In this document: positions 13,888 to 27,839 of the stretch, piece by piece | How the letters are laid out: every line of letters begins with the position of its first letter | Numbering within the stretch: the first letter of the stretch is position 1 | Assembly: GCA_951406725.2 (NCBI GenBank) | Contig: OX597820.1 | Coordinates: 43,338,001 to 43,402,000, forward strand | From: Octopus vulgaris | Taxonomy: Eukaryota | Direction: 5' to 3' | DNA length: 64,000 nucleotides | Position numbers and translations under genes: made by a program | The notes under the pieces: generated by a model | What the model was told of the DNA's origin: nothing | The model's input: the letters and a program-made list of their open reading frames with translations, nothing else | Database searches by the model: none

Positions 13888-13908
13888 TAGATAGACAGAC
13901 AGACAGAC

Positions 13909-13951
<43 letters not shown>

Positions 13952-13972
13952 GATAGAGAGAGAGAGAGAGAG
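13669..13972. repeat. Compound (AT)n(AG)n(AGAT)n(AGAC)n microsatellite
   Basis: Seen directly. Confidence 0.95.
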
Positions 13973-16249
13973 TTATACATCGTTTAAAGTGTTAAGCTAA
14001 CAATACAATATCTGTTAAAACTTCGTCCTGTGCAGCCTTTTACTTCGTATGCACAGTTTTCATAAATTATATGTATATGCGAGTGGGTAACGGAAGTATA
14101 AATGCATGAGTATATGAATGGAATACGGATGTTTGTGAGTAAGACTTACAAATTCGTTGATTGCTGATTTAGCCATCCAGACACAATCTATATAGAGGCG
14201 AAAGTTTAGCGCTAGTAATCAATTACTTAGTTTAGAACTCTTGGTTATTTATCTGAAGTTACTCCTACAGAATGGACTGAGATTATAGACTCATTTTCTA
14301 CGACTCTAAGATGCTGTCTTCACCATATTTGTTCTCCGTGTTCGTTTAATTATTGTTGTTTTCTTTGTTATTACTAATGATATACTCACAGGCAACATAT
14401 GCATCAAAAGTATATGTATCCACCAACACACACATAGAAATATTATTTTGTTGTGCTTCTTATGAATATGTTTAAATTTTAAAGGTTAAATTTAGAAAAG
14501 TGCTACTAAATAAATTACGTTTGTTGAATAACTTCCCAATGAGAAAATCTAAATGCCACCGCCAAATACAGCATTCAAGGTGAAATAATTGAATTTCTAT
14601 TTACATAATTTACAAAGAGAATTCTATCCTCCTTTTGCTTATGCATGTATTCAGTTTCTTTTTCTATTTTGTTTAAATGTTAGACTGAGACGATAAAAGG
14701 AAGCAGAATTAAAATCGCACCGCCTTTCCTCTTCTCTTGATAGGGAGATTTTTCAACAATGTATCACTTGACAAGTTACAGTTTCTATCTTAATGGTGAC
14801 ATACGTAAGACAAATTAGTAAAAAAAAATATAGATTATGACAATATGAAAATGCCAACTGAAAATGTTGATTTACTTTCCCTAGTCACAAACTCCGATAT
14901 TTGCGTTGCAGGTATGTAGCTGATTGAGGGAGATATTTTTTGAAAGCAATATGAAATGCATATGAAAGTTTGAACCGTTGTTTACTCATGAACGTCACAC
15001 ATGGCATCGATAAAATTTAAACACAGAGCATAGATAGAAGAGACAAATACTGTAATCTACTATTTTGGCATTTCACTGTGTCCGCACAAATAAAGGTACG
15101 TGCTTTCTTTTTCTTCTGTACCAGAATCTATTGTAGTATAATGCAGGAAGCGAATTTATTCCACATTGGAATGGAAATCGACTTACACACTAGGTTTACA
15201 TGGAACTGGACTATTTTCCTACCGTGTTCGCCATTATTGGCAAAAGGAGCTGATAATTACTGCAAGAACCAGTGCAGTGACAGTTATGAGAACAACGGAA
15301 ACAACTACAATAATAACAATAACAAGAAATGCAATTACAATCTCAAAAAAAAAGATAACTGGGCCAATTATCGTAGTTTCATGCAGTTGCATGCTATGTG
15401 ATCAAGTTGATCGACATATTGCTACTGTTCGGTGGATTGGTTCGGCATACAATTTCCTTAAATCACTGTGTAGAGGGTAATAGGTGCGTAAGCGTTAGAA
15501 CGTTGAGGAGGTGAGAAAATCGGTGTTATATTATGGGAGATAGAATCAACTATTCTGTTTTTTTTCTTTTCTTATTTTATATGCTTCACGTGTCAAACTA
15601 TCGGAATAATACAAGTAATGCAACATAATTTTAATGAATGGGTTAAGATATCCAACGTTAGTTACATGTATGATGTGATAAGACTATCCCAATGTTTGAA
15701 TTGACAAAGATGTTGTAGAAATAGATTGAGGTGATAATATTGTAGAGTTGTGTATGTAGATTTTATATAACAATGCAGTGCGTTAGATTTCGTTTCTGAA
15801 TAAGTAGATTTAATTCAATTGTATTTTAGCAAGAGGAATGTAAATTGGATCAAGGTGATAACCGCTGTGGTACAAGTGACAGGATCTTTAAAATAGGAGA
15901 ATGTTTCGATTATCTTTTGCAAATATAATCTGTAACCTGCGCCTTATTTTCCCCATGCATTGTAACTTGTTCTACTTAGATATATGTAAGAGAGGAATGC
16001 TAACTCAAGCATCTAGGCAAGCGTTTCTAAGTGTTTCGCTGTATGTAGAATATACACCGCTCTAAAAGTAATTTACTTGAATATTTATACGTGAATATCT
16101 TTCTTTTTACTCTATGGTCATAGAGGCTCGATTGTGTGTATGTGTGTGTGTGTGCCTGCATGTGTGTGTGTGTGTGTGCATGCATGTGTGTGAGCGTTTG
16201 TGCGTGTGCATGTCAATGTCTGTGAATTTAAGTAGATATCTGTATGAAT

Positions 16250-16390
16250 CAAGGCGGTAGATTTCGAAAATTTGGCGAGGTTTACTTTGTTTTTCATCGT
16301 TTCAGGATCGCTAAAGTAAATACTGAGTATTGGAGTCGATTACATCGACTCATCCCTCTCCCGAAATTGTGCCAAAACTTGAAACCACTA
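16250..16390 (+). mobile_element. Degenerate SINE (family of 24131 and 27657)
   Basis: ttcgaaaatttggcgaggtttactttgtttttcatcgtttcaggatcg...tggagtcgattacatcgact is shared with other copies in the window. Confidence 0.65.
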
Positions 16391-16501
16391 TCTGTATGAA
16401 GCTGTGTTAAAACAACTGGATTAAAATGAACGAGTAATGATGTTTTACCATTCGTCCTATTTTTTCTGGACAGCCATGTTAGCTTGGCGATAACTATAAA
16501 A

Positions 16502-16573
<72 letters not shown>

Positions 16574-16775
16574 AATAATGGTACAAATTGATATTAATTT
16601 AATATCAATTTAAAACAATGGCCTAGCATACTGAAAATATCTGAAGATTCAGAAAATTATATTACATGCCTATAAGAGCAATGACCATTAGGTGGGTTCC
16701 TAATATGCTAAAGGTAGACCACATATGGTCTGACCACTAAGAAAGATTGTTCTCAAGGAATTTCGAATATATATA

Positions 16776-17458
16776 TAGATACACAATACTTTATCCTGAA
16801 CCCTCAGATACAGTTGTGTTCTGAATTTCAAATTTTTATCGGATTTCAGAACAAAAGCCAGCTGCCTCAGATTGTAAACTAGATATCAAAACAGTCCTCC
16901 TACTAAAGTAAGAAATGCACATATATACCTATACACAATAACTATTTTTCATTAGTTTGCGTTCATCACTTTCACTATAAAACTTGAGTAATTTGTTTTT
17001 CTGTTTCTTTTCGTTATACACCATGCTAGTTCCAAAGCTATATTCTTCAGCGAGCCGCCGCACAGATACACCACGAGCAAGTTTCAGTAGTAACTCCACT
17101 TTCTACGTTATTGATAATGATGCTGCCTTTTCTTTTTACTCACTGCTATATCTGCAGTTCTTTTTGACATTTTAAGTGTAAATTATATACAAAGTCATAA
17201 GAAACAACACGAAGACAGCAAAAAGCAAATGGGCTTCTTCGCTCTGCGAGTGCTGAATCACAACAAAGGCTTGGTGGTAAGTGGTGGCCGACCTGCCAAG
17301 CATTACCATGACATGCCTGAGTAAGACGAGTCACTGTGGTCAGCTGTTTGCACACCAAACAACACGTTATTACGCGTCCCACTCACCCCCCAAAGTTCGG
17401 TTGGGAGGGGGGGGGTCTTCCCGGATTTTAGATTTCCGGACGAAGGATTGTGTACCTA
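16776..17458. mobile_element. Tc1/mariner (pogo/Tigger-like) MITE with TA target duplication
   Basis: Left end TA|tagatacacaatactttatcctgaa matches the reverse complement of the right end TA|taggtacacaatccttcgtccggaa. No transposase ORF. Confidence 0.7.
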
Positions 17459-17467
17459 TATGTATAC

Positions 17468-17500
<33 letters not shown>

Positions 17501-18954
17501 CGTTTCAACCCAAAGGCATACATATATAAACGTTAATGGCCAGATTCCACCAGCTTCTGTACTTATTTCCATGTGTATTTCATCATATGTTAGGATGTTT
17601 AAGTAAATTTACAGAACAGCCTTATTTTGTAAGTTTTGCAATAAACAATGCACATGACGAGTCTCAGTAAGTGACAATCCGTGGCATAAATGCGCTGCGC
17701 ATTTACTCATGTTGCCTTAAAATATCCAGTCTTCAAATCGCAAATATCAAGCACGATTTCCCTCATAGACGAGTTGGCAAAATAAGTATGTATATATTAA
17801 GCTGACTGAATCAACTCCATCTCTGTCAAAAATATACTTCATCATAAATAATCATTTAGAATTTAACAGCTTAGACTTTAATGAAACACGTTTCTTCTAT
17901 ATTTCACTCTGCTTTCCCTTTAAGATACTAGGCTAAATATCGGGACAGATTTATGTTTCTGTAGTTTTATATGAATTGTTGCACAGGTAAAACGGAGAAA
18001 GAGGCACTGCGTGGAATGATTCGATGGAGAGTTTCCTGTATATGAATAGCCTAAGCGTGTGCTGTGGAGAACAAAATATGTCAAACATATCAATAGAGAT
18101 TACTAAAGCAGGACATATGTAGGAATCAAAGGCCGTGAGTCTATAACTTATACAATCCATCTAGCTTTACGCATGTTATATGCATGTACAATTGTTAATT
18201 GTATGTATACACAATGTATATGCATCTATATAAGCATATATATATATACACATTTATATACACACACACACACATACGTCTGTAAACAAAAACAATGCAT
18301 ATGGGTGTGTCTATGTAGGGGTTGCTGGATCGATGATAAAAGAATACAACGTGATACGCAAAGGTAACAGAATGGCAGCAGTTATGGAATGAAAATTATC
18401 TAAGAACACTAAGAGAATAGAAAGAGATAAATGGTATATATCGAAGAAAGGGGAAATATTAGAAAGAAAAGAATACAAGGAGATAATATTTATTTTCTTT
18501 TGATTTTGTTATAGTTTTGCGAGGGTGTGAGTAAAACATAATAAAATACACTCGCCTATAATATTGGAAATAGCATACGAATATATTTTTGTTGTTGCTT
18601 AATTTAGTTTCCACATATAATATATTTTTTTTTTTTGCTTTTTGTTTGATCACTTTTTTTCTTATGCTCTGCTTCGGTTTTTATTTTATACGGTGACGTT
18701 TCTGGGAGAGGGGACGAGTGCAATTTTGCAACCATTCATGGCAACCAATAATCAATATTCATCACACTTTAATTTTCTGCGTAAGACTACCTTGAATGTG
18801 AGCTCTATTGAGTTAGGTTTTGTTATCAATGATATTTTGTTAGCAATTATCAATTATTCCTGCATCGCCACGCGTCTATATACTTTATAAACAACTCTGT
18901 CGATATCTACATAAGTATAACTGCCACAGATTGCGATACGATTGCAATCATACT

Positions 18955-19427
18955 AGCACACACACATGAATACATACACACTCAGTAGCATATATGCATA
19001 GGTATATATACTATATGAAAAAAATATATATATATGAAATACATATGAACACTCACGCACACACATATACACACACATACACACATATATACGTATATGT
19101 ACATATATGTAATTATATATATATATACACATATATGTACATGTATATATGTGTGCACATATATATATATATATATATACACGTATATATGTGTGTATAT
19201 ATTTATATGCATGTATATACATGTATATAAATATATATGCATATTTACATATAAATATATGTGTATATATTTACACATATATGTACATATATCTATACAT
19301 GTATATGCATATACATATATGTATATATACACATACACGCGGTGGCACACACATACATATATATATATACATACGTGTATTTGTATATATATATATATAT
19401 ATGCACACATGCACACATTGTAACGCA

Positions 19428-19471
<44 letters not shown>

Positions 19472-19575
19472 ATTGTATGTATGTACGTATGTATCTATGT
19501 ATGTATGTATGTATGTATGTATGTATGCATGAATGTATGTATGCATGAATGTATGTATGCATGAATGTATGCATA
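18955..19575. repeat. Complex (AT)/(ACAT)/(ATGT) low-complexity satellite
   Basis: Seen directly; it produces many overlapping Y/I/H/M pseudo-ORFs. Confidence 0.95.
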
Positions 19576-21599
19576 AACATGAAGTGGAGTTTTCTCTGAA
19601 AGTATATCAATTATTATATATGAAAATAAATAAAGGTTTATTTCTTTAAATAGAGAAATATCTACGTAAATAATCTGGAATTAAAGTAGCTAGATTTAAT
19701 AGAACCTTATCTATACGAGTGTGAGCTTTAGTCATAAATCTCATTTAAATGAGATATAGACGTAGGTCGAGATGTATTATAGTAATAATACAACAAACGT
19801 GTTGTAATTAACTACACGTATATATATTTTAATTAACGATTTATAATTCTCTCATAGTGCTATTGCTTTAGTTTCGCCATACGGTGTCGGATGAAATCAC
19901 GTGTCAAATAAGAACAGCAGCGTAATGTCTGTATTTCTTTATTTAATAAACTGTCTTACACTTATGGCCCTTAAATATTCTTTTTTTTTATAGTAAACTA
20001 TGTTTTCTTGAACGAAGTTATATAAGGAATCTTTATTTATTACTGAAATAGAAATTCTAATTCTTTTGGTATAGCGATGACTTAAAGTGCATTCAAACAT
20101 ATATTGTCTGGTATTTTGTTTACAGGACACCCTTAATGTCTTTCAATTATTTTAAAACTGACAATAATAACGCATCGATATAATGCGTAAGTTATAATAC
20201 TTGTGATATGTTTACCAAAATTGTAACATGATATTACTCGTATATTTTCCCCTTTTGTCATGTTATCTCTGTGATATTAACGAACGCCATGCCTTTACAT
20301 TTGTTTGTGTCAACTGCTCATGGAGTTCAATTTTAAAGACTCAATATATCTCCCTAAATAGGATAAGATATTGTCACACACAAAACAACTGTTTCGAAAT
20401 CAGAGAAGTATATTGCAATCAATGTAATATTTGAAATTAAGATTCATACATAGAATCAAATTTCGGCATAATATGGAATCCACCCATCCATGTAAGCAAC
20501 TGAAATACAATAAAGTATGGAGCAGGCTAAATACAGGTGCAATTTGAGCATTTGTCTTGGCACCACATGTTAGGTTTTCAAACATCAGCTTTCTAAATGC
20601 GAAGGAGAAATATGAAGATGATAAATAACATGAAACATAAATTTGAGTATTACTATTGTAGGAAGATGAGAAGTAATATAGGTGAGAGTTTGAGTAAAGG
20701 ATAATGCTGGGTCTGGTTTTTTAAAAGACTTCCTAGTTTGAACAGGTTAGTTAGTGAGTGTTGGCTCTGTATAGCTTACTAAAATCTTTGATTCTTGTAG
20801 GTAAGCTGACCACTCGTACAGTTTGATGCTTGAATCAAAAGTTAAGCAATGTATGTGATCGTGAGGTGAAGCAAATTAAGAAATTAAACAGGTAAGGTTA
20901 TGGTCGATAAACGGACTCTATCTCACTAACACATAGATGGTTACTTTAGCATTGGCAGTGATTTTTATTTGAATGCTTTTCGTTTCTCGTGAGTGCGAAC
21001 TGTCTAGTCATTTGGTGGGATGCCGGACCAACAGTTACACAGGCTATATCGTCTGAACTGTACGTGAAAATGTGTCCATAATACATGAGCAATTTCAATA
21101 GCATACAAGAATTGCTAGATATTTCATCTAGATACCATATCGGGAATCGGAAGTTCAGTTAATATACCAACAAAAGCAAAGTAGTGGTGTGATTCACCCA
21201 CTTAAGGCCAACATTTACATTACATTCTCTGGAACACTTCTTCGTCGTTAAGCTCATGCAATTTTTGGTCGACTGCTATGAGTTTAATTTTTTATTATGT
21301 TTATTTACACTTTTATCAAATAAGGTAACTCAGAGGACCTTGCCAGCACTCAATATTGATGCAGCAGAAAATTAGCAGGAGGCAATGAGTGGCAACATTT
21401 GAAATTGGTCTTTAAACAATATCTATCATTTTTAGGAAAACCTTTAATGCAAATATAGTTATTTGAAAGGTCTCAAGAAAAGGGATCTATTTCTGAAAAC
21501 AAAGTTCAAATTTCTGCGGTAGGCGATAGCATTTCAGGCAAAATGCAATCAAATTTGACGGAGATTATCAATATACACTGAAACATAGATAACAGCGGC

Positions 21600-22700
21600 A
21601 GCGTTGTACTGGTTTCGAAATTAAAAATTCCGTTTGTTTCCAACTACACGTGTGCACATTGTGGGATTCTTCGCAAGAAAGCTTGCATAGGATAATGATG
21701 TTCAATATACTAAAACTAAACATAGGTAATAAATCATTCATAGTTTCAGTTTCATGTGCAAAAAACACTATCAGCTTTGTAAGTGCAGCATGTAGTTTTG
21801 GATCGCAAGGTTAGGTGCAAAATATGGATCGTTATTTTTAATGAACTTTTCAATGTAGAGATACACAACTGTAAGGTTAAAGATGAAAGAAAGTTCATCC
21901 TGAACTGTAAAAATATACTTGTCTATCAGGAGAAAGCGATAAGTAAATGCTTAAAAGTAAAGTAATAAACATCATTATTAGATATTTTGGTTGTCATTTC
22001 TTAACAGAATCGTTGCTGCATCTTAGAAAATAAGATAGCCTTTTAAAAGAAAAATGTAATTTCAGATTGATAATTTTTTTCAAAAAGTAAATAATATATT
22101 ATATGGGTTTCTCATTGGCATTTTTATAGAATCCAGTTTGTCAATTCATACTTTTGAATTTTTTTACGATAGCTTCAACTTTTTCAACATATATTTTTTT
22201 ATTGCAGTTTATATCTTTTGAACTTTGCCTCAATAACAAATATTTTTGTCTGTAAAAAGCGTCATCGATAAGAAGAATGGACTAACATCAAAAAGATCAG
22301 ACACAGAATTGATAATCTTTTTAATTGAACCTAGAAACTTACTGGAAAACAAAAAAAGACTGAAAAATATTACAGCAGATGCTGGAAATTAAATTCAAAT
22401 GATTTTGGTGGGAGGTGTGACAAGAAATATTAGGATAATATTAAAGGGAAGTATAGTGTGCTCTTGTGCAGCGTATTTGTAATATGGTGAAATATTAGAG
22501 GTTGATTTCTTTCCCTATTGCACCTTCTCAGGTGCATATTTGATTGAGATCATACCCAATGGTTTATGTTCATTCAAAAGAACAACATTTAAGTTTTCGG
22601 AAGTGAGTTTTCTTTGTCAAGCATTATAAAAGTCATGCGTTATGGTATGCATTGTAGAGTTTGTTCGATTTCTGGAGCTTCAAGTGCATCGATTGTACAA
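21600..22700 (+). pseudogene. Possible highly decayed MULE/MuDR-like transposase
   Basis: Broken frames give FMCKKHYQLCKCSM...EIHNC (WRKY/FAR1-like) and IVCSCAAYL*YG (start of a SWIM-like motif). Many stops; weak. Confidence 0.25.
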
Positions 22701-23929
22701 CCATTAAATCTACAAGGGATACATTTTCAGTTATTTTTGCAGGAAAAATTACCATACTATATACTGTTATTCCTGAACTAACAAGATCATAGTGCTGAAA
22801 TGTTCATGTGTATCGCAGTGATTTTTGGCCCCTCGTGATATGTGCTCATATTTCTATAGAAATATACCTAATTGTCAGCTCAGGAGTTTTGTTAGAAAAT
22901 CATGAAAGGAAGGTACCTGTACATTTTAAAATTTTGAAAGACAGACTCTATCAATATATTATACGCGTGCTTCAGCCCATACAGTCATATTTTATATATT
23001 AGTTCCATATAGTATGGTTTTAATAGGGGAGTTAGAAACAAAACAAGTCAGCTAATTGTACAGTATCTTTACACTTTCATTACTCCTTTCTTGTACTTTT
23101 CTGGGTATCATGAATTGCGAACATCATTATCTCCACCCCAACGTTTTTTTCTTCTTTCAACTTAACCTACGTGCTCTCTTAACGACAATAGATTTGGAAA
23201 ATAATTATTTCTTAGTAATCTAAAAAAACTTCCCATGGAAGACTTTATATTTATCAACAGTAATACATTATAAAGTCCGTTGCTAAATCGTACTCTTTCG
23301 TTAATTATAAGACTTGTAGCTAAAACAATTTTAGCCACTTGAAAGACTATTATTGTTACACAAAATACTGGAAAGTCACACTCGTAGTCGTCCACGCATC
23401 GTTGACAATGTTTTCGATAGACATTAACACTGAAAAAGGATAGACACAGGATTACTCTGGAGCATTTGTTAATCTAAAGCGAGAAACAAAATTGTTTTAA
23501 CTAGGATTATGCATACATTTAAACATCTGATTTTCCGCTCATATTTATCACATTTGGACAAACATTTCTTACCTCTATAGTAGATCAGCAACATATAGTC
23601 ATATTTCTTTCACTCACCTATATTCCACTTGGTGTTATTATATAATAATTGAGAAGACATTGCCATTAAAATTACTACAATTTGACTGTCTCATTTCTCT
23701 TTTTCTTTCTCACTTCAAGTTACGTAAATAAATGCATTTCACCTGTTCTTTTTCGCTTGTATTTAACATTTTCTTCTGATTCGTGCATATTTTCCTTTGA
23801 AAATTTACTTGTGGCGAAACTGGAATTCTACGTTTGCTGGGTTGAAGCGTCGTTAGGACCTAGTCCTGTAATAAATAATATTCCAATGTTGTCAATATAC
23901 GTCAATGTGTCGGACAAAAATGCTTACAT

Positions 23930-24070
23930 TAATTTTTTTCTGGCTCTTTACTTTCCGAGCTGAAATGTCGCCGACATCGACTTTCCCTTGCATCATCCTT
24001 TTAGATGCTGGGGTCGAGGAAGTTGACTTCACCCCTATCTTAAAACGTCATGGCTTCGTGCCAATAGTAG
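23930..24070 (+). mobile_element. Degenerate SINE, inverted relative to the neighbouring copy
   Basis: gccgacatcgactttcccttgcatcatcctttt...ggggtcga resembles gccgaggtcgactttgcctttcatcctttcggggtcga. Confidence 0.55.
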
Positions 24071-24130
24071 AAAAATATTCTATTCTCATTATGGTAATTA
24101 GTTAGCAGAACTGTTAGGAAGTCGGAGACA

Positions 24131-24266
24131 TTCTTTTCTACTCTGGGCACAAGGCCCGAAATTTTGGTGGAGGAGGCCAGTTGATTAGATCGACCTCAGT
24201 ACGCAACTGATACTTAATTTATCGACCCCGAAAGGATGAAAGGCAAAATCGACCTCGGCAGAATTT
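24131..24266 (-). mobile_element. SINE fragment
   Basis: tcgaccccgaaaggatgaaaggcaaaatcgacctcggcagaattt is the reverse complement of the core of the 27657 copy. Confidence 0.85.
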
Positions 24267-24678
24267 AAAGGAAGTTGGAGATTGCCTTGCAGAATCTCAT
24301 CCAGCTGTTTACGTTTTAAGTTCAAATACCATCGGTGTCTAATCATCTTTTCTACTAACTGGAGTTCTTAAAATAAAGTACGATTAAAGTACCGGAATCG
24401 GTGGTACCGACTCAATCCTTCATTCTAAACTGCTGAACTTGCGCCGAAACTATTCATTTTTTTATTATACTCATTTAGTAAATAAACTTTAAACAAAACG
24501 CATATCTCTTGTCTATATTGATTACATAAAATTTATTCTCTAGAAAATGTAGACGAAATTACAGCTTATTTTAACCGGATGTCAAATTGTTCGGCTCTAA
24601 CTTTTCTTTATACTTACTTCCTTATGGGTACTTGCGTTTAAAGTTATAGATACACACGCACACGCATACGCACACAGG

Positions 24679-24709
<31 letters not shown>

Positions 24710-24911
24710 ACACGCACACACATATATATAGGATATCGTACGGAAATATTTCTTGTATACAGGAATATAAATTTACAAAAGATTTTGTAAGTGTATTTAT
24801 AGACATATGCTGGCAGGTAGATATGTAGGTATATTCTTTTCTTCACATAAATATACGTAACCGTATCAGTCTATTTATATTTGCACATACAACGTGACAC
24901 ATGAACAGCGA

Positions 24912-24975
<64 letters not shown>

Positions 24976-26829
24976 ATATGTATGTATATATGTATGTATG
25001 TATGTATGTATATATATATATATATATATATATAGACTAATATGTATATATATATGTAAATACATATGTATATGCTATGTTTATATATTGATTGCATATA
25101 CATGTGTGTGTGTACCTGTGTGTGTATATGCAAAACTCTGTATATATCTATGAACATGTATTTTCCTGCTTCTATTGTTATATAGTTTGTCTGCTTGTTT
25201 AAGTGATGCTTTTTTTTTTAGATAAAACAAATATCTTAATCTCATTTATTGCCGTAGGAAAGTCTTTCCTCTCTCTGAGTCAATCAAATTTAGTCTAAGT
25301 ATGTGCGTATGAAATTCAATAATTTTCTACTGTTATTTTCTAATTTGACCTTTCCATCGCATTTTGCTCTCCCCATACTCTTTCTCTTACATTATTCCTG
25401 TCTCTACATTTCTCTGTCTTTATATAACACTTCAATGTTCATAGTTTGTCAGGTTGAAACTGCATACCTTTTCGTTCTTGTCTCTCACTCACTCCGTCTA
25501 TATCTTTGTCTATGTATCTATCTACCTATCTATTTATCTGTCTGTCAGTCTGTCTAACTATTTTTCTATCTATTTATCTCTACTAAACTTTCGAACTTTT
25601 CCTAAACGTTTATAAATTTATTTTTCTTATGATACATTCGTTATATCTCCCCCTTCATGTTTATTTTTATTATTTCATTCTAACAGAATGTAGTACACCT
25701 GCATACACTAGCATACCATACACTTATACATTCATTCACACATACAATCTTATGCAAACATATACAATCTATTCATAGTATTGCACACGTATGTATATAT
25801 GCACCTCCTCAAATCAGGTCCTTTAGAATTTCATGATTTCCCAGCTACATACTACCTTAAGATATTCCTAGTGATTTAATCTAACGATCATAATGACTTT
25901 CAGTATCATTATCGCCATTATAATCATCATCATAAACATCATCATCATCACCACTATCCCTGGATTCTTATCGGCATATACCTTCCGTTGTCCAAATTGT
26001 CTCCCGGTTTCACACCATCATTTGGACCTGAGGTTTTTCTGCTACCAGCATTCGGTCTGATGTCCGGTCGGAGGATAATTTCTCCTTTAATATTCCTCCT
26101 TCCTCCAGCAGTTCTTAGTGACACTGAAACATGGGTAAGTAGAAAGCCATTTCTTCTTGAGTTAGAGATAAGACAGAAAGTGACTAGATTTCTTATCCTG
26201 CTCTTTTCTTCTATAATAAAATGTCTGAACCCAGTCGTTCGGTTCCATTTGGTTCCATGAAATTCATATCTGTAGTCATCTAAAATTCTACTTCAAGGCA
26301 ACTTACATGAAATTATATCATAGGTAAAAAAATAAAGGCGGTTTGACTTCGTGTTTGAATACCCATAATACTGGATACTGTGCAGTATGTGGATGCTTTA
26401 TAAAACTAAAAGTGAAACATCTCCCAATGCACATTGTATGACCGCCAAAAGTTTGATTGCAGGTCAATTCTATTTTATTGATTTCATGATATCTCTTTTT
26501 TAAGTTTAGTTGATTGTTTACCATCTCTCATGCTGAAGATAATAGGTCAAGACGTATCATAGCACAAAATGTTGCTACAGGCGTATCTTTGATGTTGTTG
26601 TGATTCAATTGCAACCACGACTGAGGGAACTGGCAGTCAAAGGCATTCCAGATATAACCATATCAGCTTTTTTTTATTGTATATTAAAAACAACATGGTC
26701 ATTTATCACTGATGGAATGTTTCATTTCATAGAAAGCAGTGAAGTAATTCGAACCAGAAAATATTACACGCCTCTCCATTTCATGTTGCACTAAATTGAT
26801 CGACAAAGTTTTCTCTCGTATTTGGATTA

Positions 26830-27314
26830 CAGTAAATCCTCGAGTATAATCCGCATTTTCTCCCAAAATTTAAAGGTCAAAATCCCTAGTGTGTTCTGTA
26901 TACGAGGTTAAAAACGAAACATATTTTCTAAGTAATGTCCGGCAATATTTATTCAAACGCATTTTGTGATATCGGGTGCGAAAATACCTTAAGCTAAGTC
27001 TAAAAGAAATGAAGTCAAAAAAGAATCTTCCATAACTTGCAGCAAGCAACATTTATTAAAATAAAAGTATTCAGAACACAGAATATCATGTAACAAAAAC
27101 AATTTGCAAACATATTTACATTCGCATATAACAGGTAAGAATAGCACTATTATTGTATTACACATGCGCGGAAGTGTTTGTTCGAGCACGTGCTACTAGC
27201 TTAATTACGCACGACTCAAGTAAGAGAAGGGGTGCGTATTATGCACAAAGTTTAGGTTTTTCAGAGGTACAGCCCCCTAAAAATCTCCTGCGTATTATAC
27301 TCAAGGATTTACGG
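26830..27314. mobile_element. Tc1/mariner-superfamily (pogo/Tc2-like) MITE with TA target duplication
   Basis: TIRs TA|cagtaaatcctcgagtataatccgca and tgcgtattatactcaaggatttacgg|TA (26 bp, 3 mismatches). No ORF. Confidence 0.88.
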
Positions 27315-27614
27315 TACAAAATTAATTTTATTTAGATATAAGTAGATCAAGATAGAAATTTATCATAAAAGGATTCCTATCATGAGCAGCTACTAGTAGT
27401 AGTTTCAGAGAGATCTGTGCGTGTGTGTTATTTCTGACTGCGGTAGCAATTGCAGGAACAACTGGGCCCGTTGCTGTCTGTTCCAGTTTGTGTCTTTTGA
27501 TAGTCTGTACTGAAACATTGCGTTACATTCGGATACCGAAACAATAGAGACAATACTATACGATCATACATATATGCACACACACACACACACACTCACA
27601 CATACATACATACG

Positions 27615-27656
<42 letters not shown>

Positions 27657-27657
<1 letters not shown>

Positions 27658-27788
27658 CTTTGCCTTTCATCCTTTCGGGGTCGATAAATTAAGTACTAGT
27701 TACGCACTGGGGTCAATGTAATCGACTAAATCCCTTTGTCTGTCCTTGTTTGTCCCCATGTGTTTAACCCCTTGTGGGTAGTAAAGAA

Positions 27789-27791
<3 letters not shown>
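27657..27791 (+). mobile_element. SINE 3' part
   Basis: gactttgcctttcatcctttcggggtcgataaattaagtac...ggggtcaatgtaatcgact is repeated elsewhere in the window. Confidence 0.85.
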
Positions 27792-27820
<29 letters not shown>

Positions 27821-27839
27821 CTTTTTCAAGCCGATCACA

